From Eledone cirrhosa (taxonomy: Eukaryota): a DNA stretch of 64,000 nt. The stretch is taken from NCBI GenBank assembly GCA_964016885.1, contig OZ024742.1, positions 213,776,001 through 213,840,000 on the forward strand. The letters are read 5' to 3'. Each line of letters opens with the position of its first letter. Positions within the stretch are counted from its first letter, which is position 1. The notes beneath the pieces are model-generated. The model did no database searches and was not told the origin of the DNA. It saw only the letters and a program-made list of their open reading frames with translations. Of the stretch, positions 1 to 15,778 are shown piece after piece. A program made the position numbers and the translations under genes.

Positions 1-108
1 TGTGTATATGCTTTGTATCTGTACATGTGTATATGCAGTTATTAGATGCAGAATTTTACATATTTTTACTGTTCCATTAATGGATTGTACTTGTAATTTC
101 CTAACTAT
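1..108 (-). mobile_element. 3' fragment of the R4/Dong-type family seen at 47640-50600
   Basis: Near-identical to 47833-47950. Confidence 0.8.
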
Positions 109-119
109 GTATATATGTA

Positions 120-1030
120 TGGTCGGCGACTAAACCGGCAAACCTACCAAGCATGCTTGATAAGGAGCGTGATTTTGGACACCCTGCAGGATGAAAAACA
201 AAATCTGTTAAAGGGTGGAGGAACTCAAGAGAGTCAACGGTCAACCAATAATTTTTTTTTTTTTGAGCGAGAGACTCCTAGTCTTCATTAAGATAGTTCG
301 CTTGGAGAAGGTCATTCTGATATAAAACCTGCGACTTCATTTGCATCCAATGATGTTGACCAGTTCTTTTTGGGCAAATGTATTCGATGTTCAGAGAGCG
401 GGATTGGACTATGCAAAACCATTCCTCACTTAAAACAGCTTCAAGCACAGGCATCGCTTGTTATGTGACAGTTTTTGTGAGGCATGGCATTGCTGGCTAC
501 AGGACTAAAAACCCACGTCCATGATGCTCATGCTTAAGTATCAAGCGATGGCGTTACTCGAAATCGAGTTGCAGTCATCATCATCACGTATGTATGTATG
601 GTGGTTAAACCACTGGGAGTGAAGGACTCCTAGCCTTTGTCAGGACATTCTTCTAGCAGGCAACTCAGGAAACTGGGATGACTCCGACATAAAACCTGCA
701 GCTCAGTAGTTACCGATGATGTTGATCCTTTCTTCTTTTCAGGTTATAGCTACTGTCGCTCAGAGAGTGGGATTGGCTCAGTGCACAATCTTTCCTCACT
801 TTAAAAAAAATCTTCACGGACAGCCATTGCACGATAGCATTAATTGATAATTATTAATAATTGTTTCTACTTTTGGCACAAGGCCAGCAATTTTACCCAA
901 TGCATTACTGGTACTTTATTCTATCGACCCCGGAAGGATGAAAGGCAAAGTTAACATTATTAATAATGTTCGATAATGAGGGGGCAGCCATCATGTACAT
1001 ATGTATGTATGTATGTATGTATGTATGTGA
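120..1030 (+). mobile_element. Two adjacent RTE-related non-autonomous elements
   Basis: 120-600 matches 51160-51570 and 601-860 matches 50670-50925. Each ends near (TATG)n. Confidence 0.6.
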
Positions 1031-1137
1031 GTGCATGTGTATGTATTTATGTATGTAAGTCAGAATTTAATGAATGTGTTTTGTGAGAGGGATGTAATTT
1101 TGAGGTGTAATGTTGGGATATAACAAAGTGATCTTAC

Positions 1138-1216
1138 CATAGGTACCCACAACACATGCCCATCATGTGATAACATAGTGCGCACAAAAGACCGCTTATA
1201 TCCTGGCTCATTTGCC
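1138..1216 (-). CDS. Exon of the nAChR-like subunit (beta5-beta6, DG.V.W.P)
   Basis: Acceptor ttttcag|G and donor ATG|gtaaga. The first base completes the phase-2 codon of the 110-nt exon, then reads ANEPGYKRSFVRTMLSHDGHVLWVPM, matching nAChR ...V.S.G.V.W.P. Downstream exons lie left of the window. Confidence 0.8.
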
Positions 1217-1585
1217 CTGAAAATATAATATATATGTATATATATATAATGGTTTCTGATATTGACATCAGGCCAACAATTGTGTAGTGGGGAAAGTCAA
1301 ATAAATCGACTCCAGTGCATTAGTCGTTATTTTGATTGATCCTGTAAGGATGAAAGGCAAAGTTAATCTCGGAGGGATGTGAACTGAGAAAGTAAGGGGA
1401 CGTAACTACATGCATAAAACATGTTCCGAGGCTCTACTGGACCACCGCTCACTTGTTAATATATGTATATATATAAGGTTTACGAAAATTGTTCATATTA
1501 CCTCAACGGTCTCTGGCCAACGCCTTACCCACTCAATGAATCTGCGAAATTGCAGAAATAATACTGAATAGCAAGTACAGTTTTG

Positions 1586-1676
<91 letters not shown>

Positions 1677-2039
1677 TAGAAGAAATAGGGTCTGTGTAGT
1701 TGCTGGATAAAGTGTATTTAGAAATAAGAGGAAAGCACAACGGGGGATATTTCCCATCATCAGTTGTCTGCTGGAGACCACGGACATTTCTACACATGAA
1801 AGACAATATGTCTTGCTCCAGTGCTTCAATAACTAAAGGAAGTTATTGGGGGGAAAAAGGAGAGAGAGAAAAAAATTTAACAGAAGGGAAAAAAGAAAGA
1901 AAAAAAGAAAAAAAAAACACATACCGAAGAGGTAAACACGAAAAGCACATGTATGTACGCAACCGAAGAGAAAGTAAGGCAAGTCAAAATTAGCTACTGG
2001 ACGTATGACCAAGGTTGTGTTGACGGTGAATCAGAGAGC

Positions 2040-2074
<35 letters not shown>

Positions 2075-2884
2075 AAATTATTTCTACTTTAGGCACAAGA
2101 CCACCAATTTGAAAGGGAGGGGAAAGTCGATTAAATTAACCCCAGTGCATTACTGGTGCTTTCTTTATCGACCCCGTAAGGATGAAAGGCAAAGCTAACC
2201 TCGGCGAGATTGGAACTCAGAACGTAATGGGTACGGTCTATCCGACTTGTCTCCAGGTAGTTTCTTTCAATACCCTTTCATTCACTAACCAAAGTCTGTC
2301 ATTCCCTGCACAAATGTATATCATCATTTTGCATCCATTTTCAATAGTGGCATGGGTTGACGGGTAATTACGATGTGAGTCAGTTCTCATTTGAATTTAC
2401 TGTTCTCTTAGATGGGTCAGGGTGTTACGCTTCGCTCATATGTTACATACAGCTCTGATCTGGGTTTTATGGCTGAATGTCCTTGATAGAACAAACCACT
2501 TTACAGAATGCACTGTGCATATTTTATCATGGCACCAACGCTTGAGAGGTTTTCATGTCTTTTGCTTGTGTGAAGAGTCATCTCTATTATACGTTATAGC
2601 TATTCGGTCGCCAGCCACTTTATGTAATGTATTAAGGGTATTTTTTGTGGCACTACGTTTACAGTCAGTTTTATTCTTTTAAGAGACAGAGTATTGAATA
2701 AAAGAGTAATAGTTACATGTTGACTGTTGGTAGTTGATAGGAGTGTGAATAGATGATAGCATGAGCAACGTGAAGAGATAACAATAAAGATGTCTTGGCA
2801 AAAGAGAGTGAGTAATGGATAGCAACAGGGGTAACTGATAGTGATTGTGGCAGATATCGACTATATTTATACACCCCCACTTAG

Positions 2885-2919
<35 letters not shown>

Positions 2920-2970
2920 AAGAGAGAGAGATAGATAGATAGATAGATAGAGAGAGATAGGTAGAGAGAG

Positions 2971-3036
<66 letters not shown>

Positions 3037-3239
3037 TGTTGGGTAGTGAGAAACATTAAATGTATTAAATGTATTTTAAATGTATTTTAATCCAGGGGTC
3101 AGCCCCTACATAGCTCTCCTCTTTCCTATATGCTGAGACCTTTACATGAAATGTGAAATTTCAGGAGACTCCACCTTGTTCAATTATTCAGTGGGAACTA
3201 ACAACCCGAGCTATATATCTTAATTCCTCCACTCATTTA

Positions 3240-4200
<961 letters not shown>

Positions 4201-4511
4201 CTCTCTCGCTATTTCTTTCATATTCCTATGTCAACCTCACCCTTTCTCTTCTCATATTCCTTTTCTCTCTCTGAATTATTCTTTCTCTCATTACTGTCTT
4301 CTCTCTCTCCGTCTACCCCCCTCCCTCTTTCTCATCTTTCTATATACTTCTCTATTGTTCTCCCATGGTTTCTTCCTCTTTACTTCTATAGGCATAGCTG
4401 TGTAATTAACAATATTTTCTCTCAGTTCTCTGCTATCTTTCTCTCGCTATCATCCTATAACCCCTTATGTCTCGTCTCCACCCCTCACATATATTATTTC
4501 TCTATACCGTG

Positions 4512-4905
4512 CTGGATTGGTAGTCGATAGAGCGTCGGACACTATGCTTCGCGGCATAGAGTTACCGCCCTTTGAGTTCAAATCCAGCCGAGTTTAGCTT
4601 TGCTTTTCATCCTTACGAGGTTGATAAAATAAAGTACCAGTAACGCACTGGTTCGATTAATCGATCCCCCTCCCCCACCAAAAAAAAAATGCTGGCCTTG
4701 TGCCTAAATTAGAAACCATTGCGTTGCATTGGCAGTATCGGTAGAGGGTCGGACGCCATGCTTTGACGCATAGAGTTACGGCCCTCGCCATTCTGAGTTC
4801 AAATCCCACCGAGGTTAACTTTGCCTTTCATCCTTATGGAGTCGATACAATAAAGTACCAGTAATGCACTGGGTATTTGCTGGCCTTGTGCCAAAAGTAG
4901 AAACA
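4512..4905 (+). mobile_element. Head-to-tail pair of tRNA-derived SINEs within one TSD
   Basis: Two consecutive copies with A-box (tggcagtatcgg) and B-box (gagttcaaatcc). attatttctctatac is duplicated at 4493-4507 and 4906-4920. Confidence 0.75.
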
Positions 4906-4929
4906 ATTATTTCTCTATACTGTTTTTTC

Positions 4930-5209
4930 TTTCCCTAACTCTCTATCTCCCCCTCCACACACTTCTCTATACCTCTCTTCCCCTCTCCCTCTCTCTCTCT
5001 CTCTCTCTCACCAGACTCCTCTATACCTCTCTTCCCCTCTCTCTCTCTCTTTCTCACCACACTTCTCTATACCTCCCCCCCCTCTCTCTCTCGCACCACA
5101 CTTCTCTATACCTCTCTTCCCCTCTCTCTCTCTCTTTCTCACCACACTTCTCTATACCTCTCTTCCCCTCTCTCTCTCTCTTTCTCACCACACTTCTCTA
5201 TACCCTCTT

Positions 5210-5245
<36 letters not shown>

Positions 5246-5400
5246 ACCACACTTCTCTATACCTCCCCCCCCTCTCTCTCTCGCACCACACTTCTCTATA
5301 CCTCTCTTCCCCTCTCTCTCTCTCTTTCTCACCACACTTCTCTATACCTCTCTTCCCCTCTCTCTCTCTCTTTCTCACCACACTTCTCTATACCTCTCTT

Positions 5401-5440
<40 letters not shown>

Positions 5441-5736
5441 GACTCCTCTATACCTCTCTTCCCCTCTCTCTCTCTCTTTCTCACCACACTTCTCTATACC
5501 TCTCTTCCCCTCTCTCTCTCTCTTTCTCACCACACTTCTCTATACCTCTCTTCCCCTCTCTCTCTCTCTCTCTCACCAGACTCCTCTATACCTCTCTTCC
5601 CCTCTCTCTCTCTCTTTCTCACCACACTTCTCTATACCTCTCTTCCCCTCTCTCTCTCTCTTTCTCACCACACTTCTCTATACCTCTCTTCCCCTCTCTC
5701 TCTCTCTTTCTCACCACACTTCTCTATACCTCTCTT

Positions 5737-5774
<38 letters not shown>

Positions 5775-6855
5775 GACTCCTCTATACCTCTCTTCCCCTC
5801 TCTCTCTCTCTTTCTCACCACACTTCTCTATACCTCTCTTCCCCTCTCTCTCTCTTTCTCACCACACTTCTCTATACCTCTCTTCCCCTCTCTCTCTCTC
5901 TCTCTCACCAGACTCCTCTATACCTCTCTTCCCCTCTCTCTCTCTCTTTCTCACAACACTTNNNNNNNNNNNNNNNNNNNNNNNNNNNNNNNNNNNNNNN
6001 NNNNNNNNNNNNNNNNNNNNNNNNNNNNNNNNNNNNNNNNNNNNNNNNNNNNNNNNNNNNNNNNNNNNNNNNNNNNNNNNNNNNNNNNNNNNNNNNNNNN
6101 NNNNNNNNNNNNNNNNNNNNNNNNNNNNNNNNNNNNNNNNNNNNNNNNNNNNNNNNNNNNNCCTCTCTCTCTCTCTCTCTCACCAGACTCTCTCTATACC
6201 TCTCTTCCCTCCTCTCTCTCTCTCTCTCTTCACCAGACTCCTCTATACCTCTCTTCCCCCCTCTCTCTCTCTCTCTCTCACCACACTTCTCTATACCTCT
6301 CTTCCCCCTCTCTCTCTCTCTCTCACAGACTCTCTCTCTCTTCCTCTCTCTCTCTCTCTCAACTCTCTATACCTCTCTTCCCTCTCTTCCTCTCCCACTC
6401 TCTCTCTCTCTCTCTTCTCACTCACACTTCTCTATACCTCTCTTCCCCTCTCTCTCTCTCTCTCACCACACTTCTCTATACCTCTCTCCCTCTCTCTCTC
6501 TCTCACCACACTTCTCTATACCTCTCTTCCCCCCCCCCTCTCTCTCTCTCTCTCTCACCACACTTCTCTATACTCTCTTCCCCTCTCTCTCTCTCTCCCT
6601 CTCACCACACTTCTCTATACCTCTCTTCCCCCCTCTCTCTCTCTCTCACCACATTTCTCTATCTTTCTTCCTCTCTCTCTCTCGTCTCTCTCTCTCTCAC
6701 CACACTTCTCTATACCTCTCTTCCACCCTCTCTCTCTCTCTCGCACCACACTTCTCTATACCTTTCTTCCTCTCTCTCTCTCACCAGACTCCTCTATACC
6801 TCTCTTCCCCCCCTCTCTCTCTCTTCTCACCACACTTCTCTATATCTCTCTTCCC

Positions 6856-6886
<31 letters not shown>

Positions 6887-8290
6887 CACTTCTCTATACC
6901 TCTCTTCCCCACCCTCTCTCTCTCTCTCACCACATTTCTCTATCTTTCTTCCTCTATCTCTCTCTCTCTCTCTCTCTCTCACCACACTTCTCTATACCTC
7001 TCTTCCCCTCTCTCTCTCTCTCTCTCACCACACTTCTCTATACCTCTCTTCCCTCTCTCTCTCTCTCTCTCACCACACTTCTCTATACCTCTCTTCCCCT
7101 CTCTCTCTCTCTCTCTCACCACACTTCTCTATACTCTCTCTCCCCTCTCTCTCTCTCTCTCTCTCACCACACTTCTCTATACCTCTCTTTCCCCCTCTCT
7201 CTCTCTCTCACCACATTTCTCTATCTTTCTTCCTCTCTCTCTCTCTCACCACACTTCTCTATACCTCACTTCCCCTCTCTCTCTCTCTCACCACACTTCT
7301 TTATAACCTCTCTTCCCCCCCCCCCCCCTCTCTCTCTCACCTCACTTCTCTATACCTCTCTCCCCCCCCCTCTCTCTCTCACCACATTCTCTATCTTTCT
7401 TCCTCTCTCTCTCTCCCTCTCTCTTTCACCACACTTCTCTATACCTCCCCCCCTCTCTCTCTCACCACACTCTCTATACCTCTCTTCCCCCCTCTCTCTC
7501 TCTCTCACCACACTTCTTTATACCTCTCTCCCCCCCCCTCTCTCTCACCACACTTCTCTATACCTCTCTTCCTCTCTCTCTCTCTCTCACCACACTTCTC
7601 TATACCTTTCTTCCTCTCTCTCTCTCTCTCACCTCGCCTCTCTATATCTTTCTTCTCCCCCTCTCTCTCACCACACTTCTCTATACCTTTCTCCCCCCTC
7701 TCTCTCTCTCACCACACTTCTCTATACCTTTCTTCCCCTCTCTCTCTCTCTCTCTCACCACACTTCTCTATACCTTTCTTCCTCTCTCTCTCTCTCTCTC
7801 TCTCTCCCACCTTACTTCCCTATATCTTTCTCCTCCTCTTCTCTCCCACCACACTTCCCTATATCTTTCTCCTCCCTCTCTCTCTCTCTCCATACTTCTC
7901 TATATCTTTCTCCTCCCCCTCTCCCACTACACTTCTCTATATCTTTCTCCTCCCCCTTTCTCCCACTACGTCTTTCTATATCTTTCTCCTCCTTCTCTCA
8001 CCACACTTCTCTATATCTTTCTCCTCCCCCTCTCTCCCACCATGCCTTTCTATATCTTCCCCCCCCCCCCTCTCTCCCACCATACCTCTCTATATCTATC
8101 TCCTCCTCCTCTCACCACACTTCTCTATATCTTTCTCCTCCCCCTTTCTCCCACCATGCCTCTCTATATCTTTCTCCTCCCCTCTCTCTCACCATGCCTC
8201 TCTATATCTATCTCCTCCCCCTCTCTCTCACCATGCTTCTCTATATCTATCTCCTCCTCCTCTCACCACACTTCTCTATATATCCCCCCT
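4930..8290. repeat. Pyrimidine-rich minisatellite, unit caccacacttctctatacctctcttcccc(tc)n
   Basis: Dozens of tandem units, interrupted by an assembly gap. Confidence 0.9.
5962..6161. other. Assembly gap (200 N)
   Basis: Run of N. Confidence 0.99.
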
Positions 8291-8389
8291 CTCCCATCAC
8301 AACTCTCTATATATGCCACTTTCTATTCCCCGTTCCTTACTATCCCCTATTTTGTATCTGGTAAACCTTTTCTTTATTATTCCTCAAGT

Positions 8390-8406
8390 CTTTCCCTCAT
8401 TCTCAC

Positions 8407-8455
<49 letters not shown>

Positions 8456-8576
8456 ATATCCCATTCCCTCATTCTCTCACCTTCTCTCTCTCTCTCTCTA
8501 TCTCTATAACCCATTCCCTCATTCTCTCACCTTCTCTCTCTCTCTCTATCTCTATAACCCATTCCCTCATTCTCTC

Positions 8577-8615
<39 letters not shown>

Positions 8616-8682
8616 ATATCCCATTCCCTCATTCTCTCACCTTCTATCTCTCTCTCTCTATAACCCATTCCCTCATTCTCTC

Positions 8683-8731
<49 letters not shown>

Positions 8732-8962
8732 CCCATTCCCTCATTCTCTCACTTTCTCTCTCTCTCTCTCTATCTCTATAACCCATTCCCTCATTCTCTC
8801 ACCTTCTCTCTCTCTCTCTCTCTCTCTATCTCTATATCCCATTCCCTCATTCTCTCACTTTCTCTCTCTCTCTCTCTCTCTATCTCTATAACCCATTCCC
8901 TCATTCTCTCACCTTCTCTCTCTCTCTCTCTCTATCTCTATATCCCATTCCCTCATTCTCTC

Positions 8963-8999
<37 letters not shown>

Positions 9000-9124
9000 A
9001 TATCCCATTCTCTCATTCTCTCTCACTCTCTCTCTCTCTCTCTCTCTATCTCTATATCCCATTCCCTCATTCTCTCACCTTCTCTCTCTCTCTCTCTGTC
9101 TATCTCTATATCCCATTCCCTCAT

Positions 9125-9157
<33 letters not shown>

Positions 9158-9620
9158 CCCATTCCCCCATTCTCTCACCTTCTCTCTCTCTCTCTCTCTG
9201 TGTATCTCTATATCCCATTCCCTCATTCTCTCACCTTCTCTCTCTCTCTCTGTCTATCTCTATATCCCATTCCCTCATTCTCTCACCTTTTCTCTCTTTC
9301 TCTCTATATATATATCCCATTCCCTCATTCTCTCACCTTCTCTCTCTCTCTCTCTCTATCTCTCTATATCCCATTCCCTCATTCTCTCACCTTCTCTCTC
9401 TCTCTATCTATCTCTTTATACCATTCCCTCATTCTCTCACATTCTCTCTCTCTCACCTTCTCTCTCTTTCTCTCTCTATCTCTATATCCCATTCCCTCAT
9501 TCTCTCACACTCTCTCTCTCTCTATATATATATATATCTCTCTATATCCCATTCCCTCATTCTCTCACCATCTCTCTCTCTCTCTCTATCTCTATATCCC
9601 ATTCCCTCATTCTCTCACAT

Positions 9621-9657
<37 letters not shown>

Positions 9658-9786
9658 CCTATTCCCTCATTCTCTCACCTTCTCTCTCTCTCTATCTATC
9701 TCTTTATCCCATTCCCTCATTCTCTCACCTTCTCTCTCTCTCTCTCTCTCTCTATCTCTATATCCCATTCCCCCATTCTCTCACAT

Positions 9787-9817
<31 letters not shown>

Positions 9818-9937
9818 ATCCTATTCCCTCATTCTCTCACCTTCTCTCTCTCTCTATCTATCTCTTTATCCCATTCCCTCATTCTCTCACCTTCTCTCTC
9901 TCTCTCTATCTCTATATCCCATTCCCTCATTCTCTCA

Positions 9938-10007
<70 letters not shown>

Positions 10008-10202
10008 CTCTATATCCCATTCCCTCATTCTCTCACCTTCTCTCTCTCTCTATCTATCTCTTTATCCCATTCCCTCATTCTCTCACATTCTCTCTCTCTC
10101 ACCTTCTCTCTCTCTCTATATATATCTCTATATCCCATTCCCTCATTCTCTCACCTTCTCTCTCTCTCTCTCTCTCTATCCCATTCCCTCATTCTCTCAC
10201 AT

Positions 10203-10258
<56 letters not shown>

Positions 10259-10270
10259 CCATTCTCTTAG
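8390..10270. repeat. Pyrimidine-rich minisatellite, unit atcccattccctcattctctcacctt(ct)n
   Basis: Dozens of tandem units. Confidence 0.9.
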
Positions 10271-10398
10271 TCTCTCTCATTTCCTATTCTTTCTAACTCA
10301 TCCTTTTTCATTCATTCATTCTTTCTTTCTTTCATTCTTTTTTTTTCTTTTTCATTCCTTCTATATATCTTTCTTAGCGATTATCTTCCTTTATTGTT

Positions 10399-10475
<77 letters not shown>

Positions 10476-10884
10476 GCCGTTCTCTGTCTTTCTCTCCCCC
10501 TCCTTCCTATTCACACTCTCCGTACCTCTCCTTTTATCCGTATACCAATATTTCACTTCAGTATTCATTTTACAATGTTTTTACTGATTTCTATCATTAG
10601 ACTATAGTCATGCTGGGGTCCAACCCTGAAATGACGTAGCCGATCTCTTTTGACGAACCGCTAAGTTACGGGATATACAAACACATCAACACACACATAT
10701 ATATTGATGGGTCTCCGTCAGTTCCGTCGACAAGTGTTCCAGTTGTGTGAACAATGGAACCGGTTACTCCTGATCATTCTACAGACACGTGCAACCCTAA
10801 TGTTGTTCTCCCTGAGAACAACATTAGGTGTGCACTGACAAAGCTGATTCATAGAATTACAGTGTGAGCCTCACCAGTTGGAAT

Positions 10885-11065
10885 GGCTCTTCTAGCGCAT
10901 CTCCCTTACCATCCTCCGGGGAAACACCTTCTCCACTTTATCCGCCGGGGCTGTGTGAAGGCCAGCACGTGGGACCCCATTTTCTCCCCATACGGAGAGA
11001 TGGGGGGGGGGTGAGAGAGATGGAGGCGATGACAGTGGGAGTTCGGCTCTTGTGGTTGTGTTTAA
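10885..11065 (+). repeat. GC-rich dispersed repeat (copies at 42250-42435 + and 40880-41025 -)
   Basis: Shared gcgcatctcccttaccatc...gccagcacgtgggaccccattt...gcgatgacagtgggagttcggctctt. Confidence 0.7.
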
Positions 11066-11229
11066 TGTAGTTGTGTACTCTACAGTTTCCATAGGATTTG
11101 TCTCTAGCTTACAACCCCCGCCTCCCCCACTGTTGTCTGTTTAATGTTTCTTCTTTCTTGTACCTCACCTTTATATCTATTCACCAAAATATATCGGATT
11201 AGCACAAACGCATTATTGTTTATTATTTT

Positions 11230-11326
11230 TCTCTGAGGAGTCACCGGTAACAGTGAAGGAATAAAACAAAATCTCTATTTAGCTCTCGTAAACAAAAACG
11301 TAATCGGCGATGAAACACGTGTTAGA
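11230..11326 (+). ncRNA. Candidate hammerhead with long loop II
   Basis: TCT-CTGAGGA-GTCACCGGT...ATCGGCGAT-GAAA-CACGTG-TT-AGA. Stem I is only 3 bp. Confidence 0.45.
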
Positions 11327-11451
11327 TTATTTAATAAATCTCTTTAAATTTCTACTCACTCCTTGGCTGTTTTTTCTAAAAATGTAATAATTTATACTAT
11401 ATATATATATATACAGAGAGAAAGAGAGAGAGGGAGGGAGAAAGAGAGTGG

Positions 11452-11491
<40 letters not shown>

Positions 11492-11627
11492 TAAAACCAT
11501 ACGTGAGACGCAGACCCCCCCCCTCCGTCTGTCTGGGAGGTCAGTAGCCCCACTTCAGCTCTGACCTGGCCAACCCTTGCTACCAGGAAAAACAGACGTT
11601 AAACGACGACAACGATGATGGTGATGA

Positions 11628-11677
<50 letters not shown>

Positions 11678-12416
11678 AGTTAATATGCCCACAGGTACTA
11701 AGTAACCCTGGAAATATATAGGGTGTCTATGATACAAGGGTTGTTCTATGGTATTAATTTGACATACCAGAACTATAATATTGAGATAAGCGGAGCAAGC
11801 AAGATTTAAACAATTCTTTAAAATAAATTTAAAAATATAATTTAAATATTTACCTATTCCAATTGCTTTTACCGATCTGTTTTAGTCTTCGTCCCCTATA
11901 TATCCCTTCTACTTGGATCGTTTGATACTTCTTCACTTCTTCATTCAACTCCCTCACTATATACATCACATGGCTATACCAGTGAAGTCTATTCACTTAC
12001 ACAATACAGCTGATTTTTCTTATGCCGTTCTTTTTCTTTCAGCTTACATCTGCTCCGTTGTCCATACGTCCAAGTAATCTCGTCTCATTCTCATCCAAAC
12101 CTAGCACAATCTTTACATTCCCAGGCATTGACCAAAATTGAAACTTTAGTAGAAGTCGTTTGTTTCTAGCTAGTTCAACCCTGAAATCAATTTGTTGCTA
12201 AGCGAATATACAAATATTATGGCAAATGTGCAATATGAGCGCGTGAGTGTGCGTGTAAGTGTGCATGTGTATATGTGTGTGTGCGTGAATACAGGCGCGC
12301 GCACACACACACACACACGTCTTATAAAGCGCCAGGCCACTTTATAATATAACCATACACTACTACCCAAGTGCCCTGTTGAGCAGTGGTCTAACCACTT
12401 TCAAACTGAATCCGTC

Positions 12417-12454
<38 letters not shown>

Positions 12455-12457
<3 letters not shown>

Positions 12458-12661
12458 GATGTTTAAAAAATAGATATCATTTGAGATGTAAATATCCCAG
12501 AAACTACCAATATATATTTTCAACTTGTGTTATAATGTCAAATTTTGAAGAATAAATCTTATGTTGTTCAACATTAAGCCTGCGCGGTGTCACTGTCCTA
12601 GACTTTATAGTTCCTGGGATATTTACATCTCAAATGATATCTAATTTTATGAAACACCGTG
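12455..12661. mobile_element. Tc1/mariner-type MITE
   Basis: ~55-bp imperfect TIRs (tagatatcatttgagatgtaaatatcccag / ctgggatatttacatctcaaatgatatcta) flanked by TA. Confidence 0.65.
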
Positions 12662-13089
12662 TATATCTACATTCATCTCTTTGGGTGGACTTGCGGAATA
12701 TTTGACGATGATTCCTTCTCCAAATAAGCATAAGAAATTTGGAGAATGTTCAAGTACTGTAATCGAGAATTAAATCGCCAGCCTCGCAGTTCAGCTCATC
12801 AATTTAAGATATTCCTTAATGTGGCTTTTTTCAGTGCCAGTCAGTTGAACAAAGGTTAAAATGTGATGTCTACTGCTAAACCACATAATGTTGTCATGGA
12901 AACTGTATAGAAACGTGGGTGGATATATTACGTATTTCAGTGAGAGTAAGAGTATTGTGAGAAGATGGCGACCTGTCTGATTTTCAATATCATTATTAAA
13001 GATTCTCAGAATGTTGCTACGATGGAAGAAGACAAAGAAGAGAAAAACGAGTAAGAGGTGGATAGATTAATGGATAAATAGATAGATGG

Positions 13090-13134
<45 letters not shown>

Positions 13135-13536
13135 TGTATCCCTCTCTTTCACTCTCTCTCTCTGTCTATCTATCTATATGTGTGTGTGTGAGTATGTGTG
13201 TGTGTAGATCCCAATTTAAAACGGGTGTAATCAAGGTAAATAAGGTATTCAATACATTAGTAGAGTAAGAAGCCGTTTTTATATTAAATAATTATATATA
13301 TATATATATATATACACACATGCATATATATATATATAATTGTTTCTATTTTTAGGCACAAGGCCAGAAATTACCCAGTACATTACTGGTACTTTATTTT
13401 ATCGACCCCGTAAGGATGAAAGGCAAAGTTAACCTCGGCGAGATTTGAACTCAGATCATAAAGGGACGTAACTCTATGCTTCAAAGCATGGTGTCCGACT
13501 CTAAGATCAAAAGATGGTTAAAAGAGTTTCAAGTAT

Positions 13537-13602
13537 TTTAATATGCGCATTTCAAAAACAAATATCATCATGGGATGATATCTGCGTTTTCATCAGTTAA
13601 AA
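13537..13602 (-). ncRNA. Minimal type I hammerhead ribozyme (inverted partner of 13992-14062)
   Basis: TTTTAA-CTGATGA-same stem II-GAAA-TGCGCA-TA-TTAAAA. Confidence 0.75.
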
Positions 13603-13991
13603 ACAGGGATACATGATATGAAGCTTAAAAAACACTTGTGAATGGTGAAGAAATATTATTCTTAACCCCTTTTTCTCTTCATCAACTTTTAATTTCAAAT
13701 TCTTTTCAATTATCTATTATCTTCCAACGGCTTTTTAACTTCTCTCTGTGAGACAAGATATATTTTTCTCAGTTGTAAAGGCTATCTCTCTCTCTCTATC
13801 ACCTATCTCTCCTCCTCTCTCATCCTTCCTTCTTATACTCCTCCCCCACCATTCTTTACTCTCATCTCCTCCTCTTCCAACCCCCCTCACTTTTTCCCAA
13901 TATCACACCTCAATCTTAAATTATTTTTTCATATGTTGATTTAAAACTTCACTATTCACAAGTGTTTTTTAAGCTTCATATCATGTATCCC

Positions 13992-14062
13992 TATTTTATC
14001 TGATGAAAACGCAGATATCATCCCATGATGATATTTGTTTTTGAAATGCGCATAATAAAATA
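13992..14062 (+). ncRNA. Minimal type I hammerhead ribozyme
   Basis: TATTTTAT-CTGATGA-[long stem II aaacgcagatatcatc/gatgatatttgttttt]-GAAA-TGCGCA-TA-ATAAAATA. 8-bp stem I and palindromic stem III. Confidence 0.8.
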
Positions 14063-14186
14063 CTTGGAACTCTTTTAACCATCTTTTGATCTTATATTAT
14101 TTATACTCCAGTCCTACAAACTGTAGAGTGCTACTTATCCGATATTTGCATTGCTTTATTGTGCTACAATAAAACTCACCTCCTAC

Positions 14187-14824
<638 letters not shown>

Positions 14825-15142
14825 TAAGTAAGTGCCATACTAAGAGTGAGAAATGAAATTTCGTTTTCATTTTGTTTCAATTTATATATATATATATATA
14901 TATATATACAAAAGGTGAACGGAAACAACACAGTAAAATGAAGAAATATAGTAATTTAACGGCTTGATATAGTAGGGAAAGAGTCTTTACGTTTTGGACA
15001 CTATTCATTACGTCAACAGAAGATAAACTGAGAAATAAAAGATGAAATAGAAAGAGAAAGAGTGAGACGAAGGGACGAAAAGAATATTCTTTTAGACAAA
15101 AAGCACGTGAGTATTCAGTCAGTCATGTCTTTTGTGTGAGTG

Positions 15143-15219
<77 letters not shown>

Positions 15220-15500
15220 AAGAGAGAGAGAGAAAGAGAGAGTTGAAATATATTCTGAGCTCCTCTTGATATCAATATTCTCCACTTCTCATGTCATCAT
15301 TAGCCTTTTCTTTCCGACCCCCACCATTTGGATCTATTGGCATACCAGCACTAGTCCGATATTCTTTCTTTTATACTTTAACACGTCTGCTCATTACGTT
15401 TACAACGATTTTAAAACGGAGCTCATCTGTACTCTATCTATAATGCACACTAACATTAGACATCCAGCAGAGCATGCTCGCTTTATGAATATCCAACCTT

Positions 15501-15531
<31 letters not shown>

Positions 15532-15702
15532 TATTTAAGGTGCATCGTTTTCCCCAACTATACAATTATCATTTTCATACAAGCATACAATCTTCTACTC
15601 TTTACTCGGTGAGTGAAATCCAAGGTAGGTAACAGCTTTCTGAAAAATTTCTACCTACCATTTGTGTCTTTTGTGCACGCTGAACATCCACCTCCGTACC
15701 TC

Positions 15703-15778
<76 letters not shown>

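Larger units (their letters stand above)
13502..14094. mobile_element. Fold-back element: ~150-bp inverted arms, each containing a hammerhead
   Basis: 13502-13651 is the near-perfect reverse complement of 13947-14094, separated by a ~295-bp spacer. Confidence 0.75.

Noticed and set aside
1725-1825. CTGATGA on the minus strand and GAAA-gaca/tgtc-TT on the plus strand
   Set aside because: Each lacks the other half of the core in the correct register. Possibly a decayed relic.
4930-8290. Repeat with variable spacers resembling a CRISPR array
   Set aside because: The spacers are only (CT)n length variants, the context is eukaryotic and there are no cas genes.
8042-10270. SL-rich ORFs up to 356 aa
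   Set aside because: Artefacts of CT-rich minisatellites.
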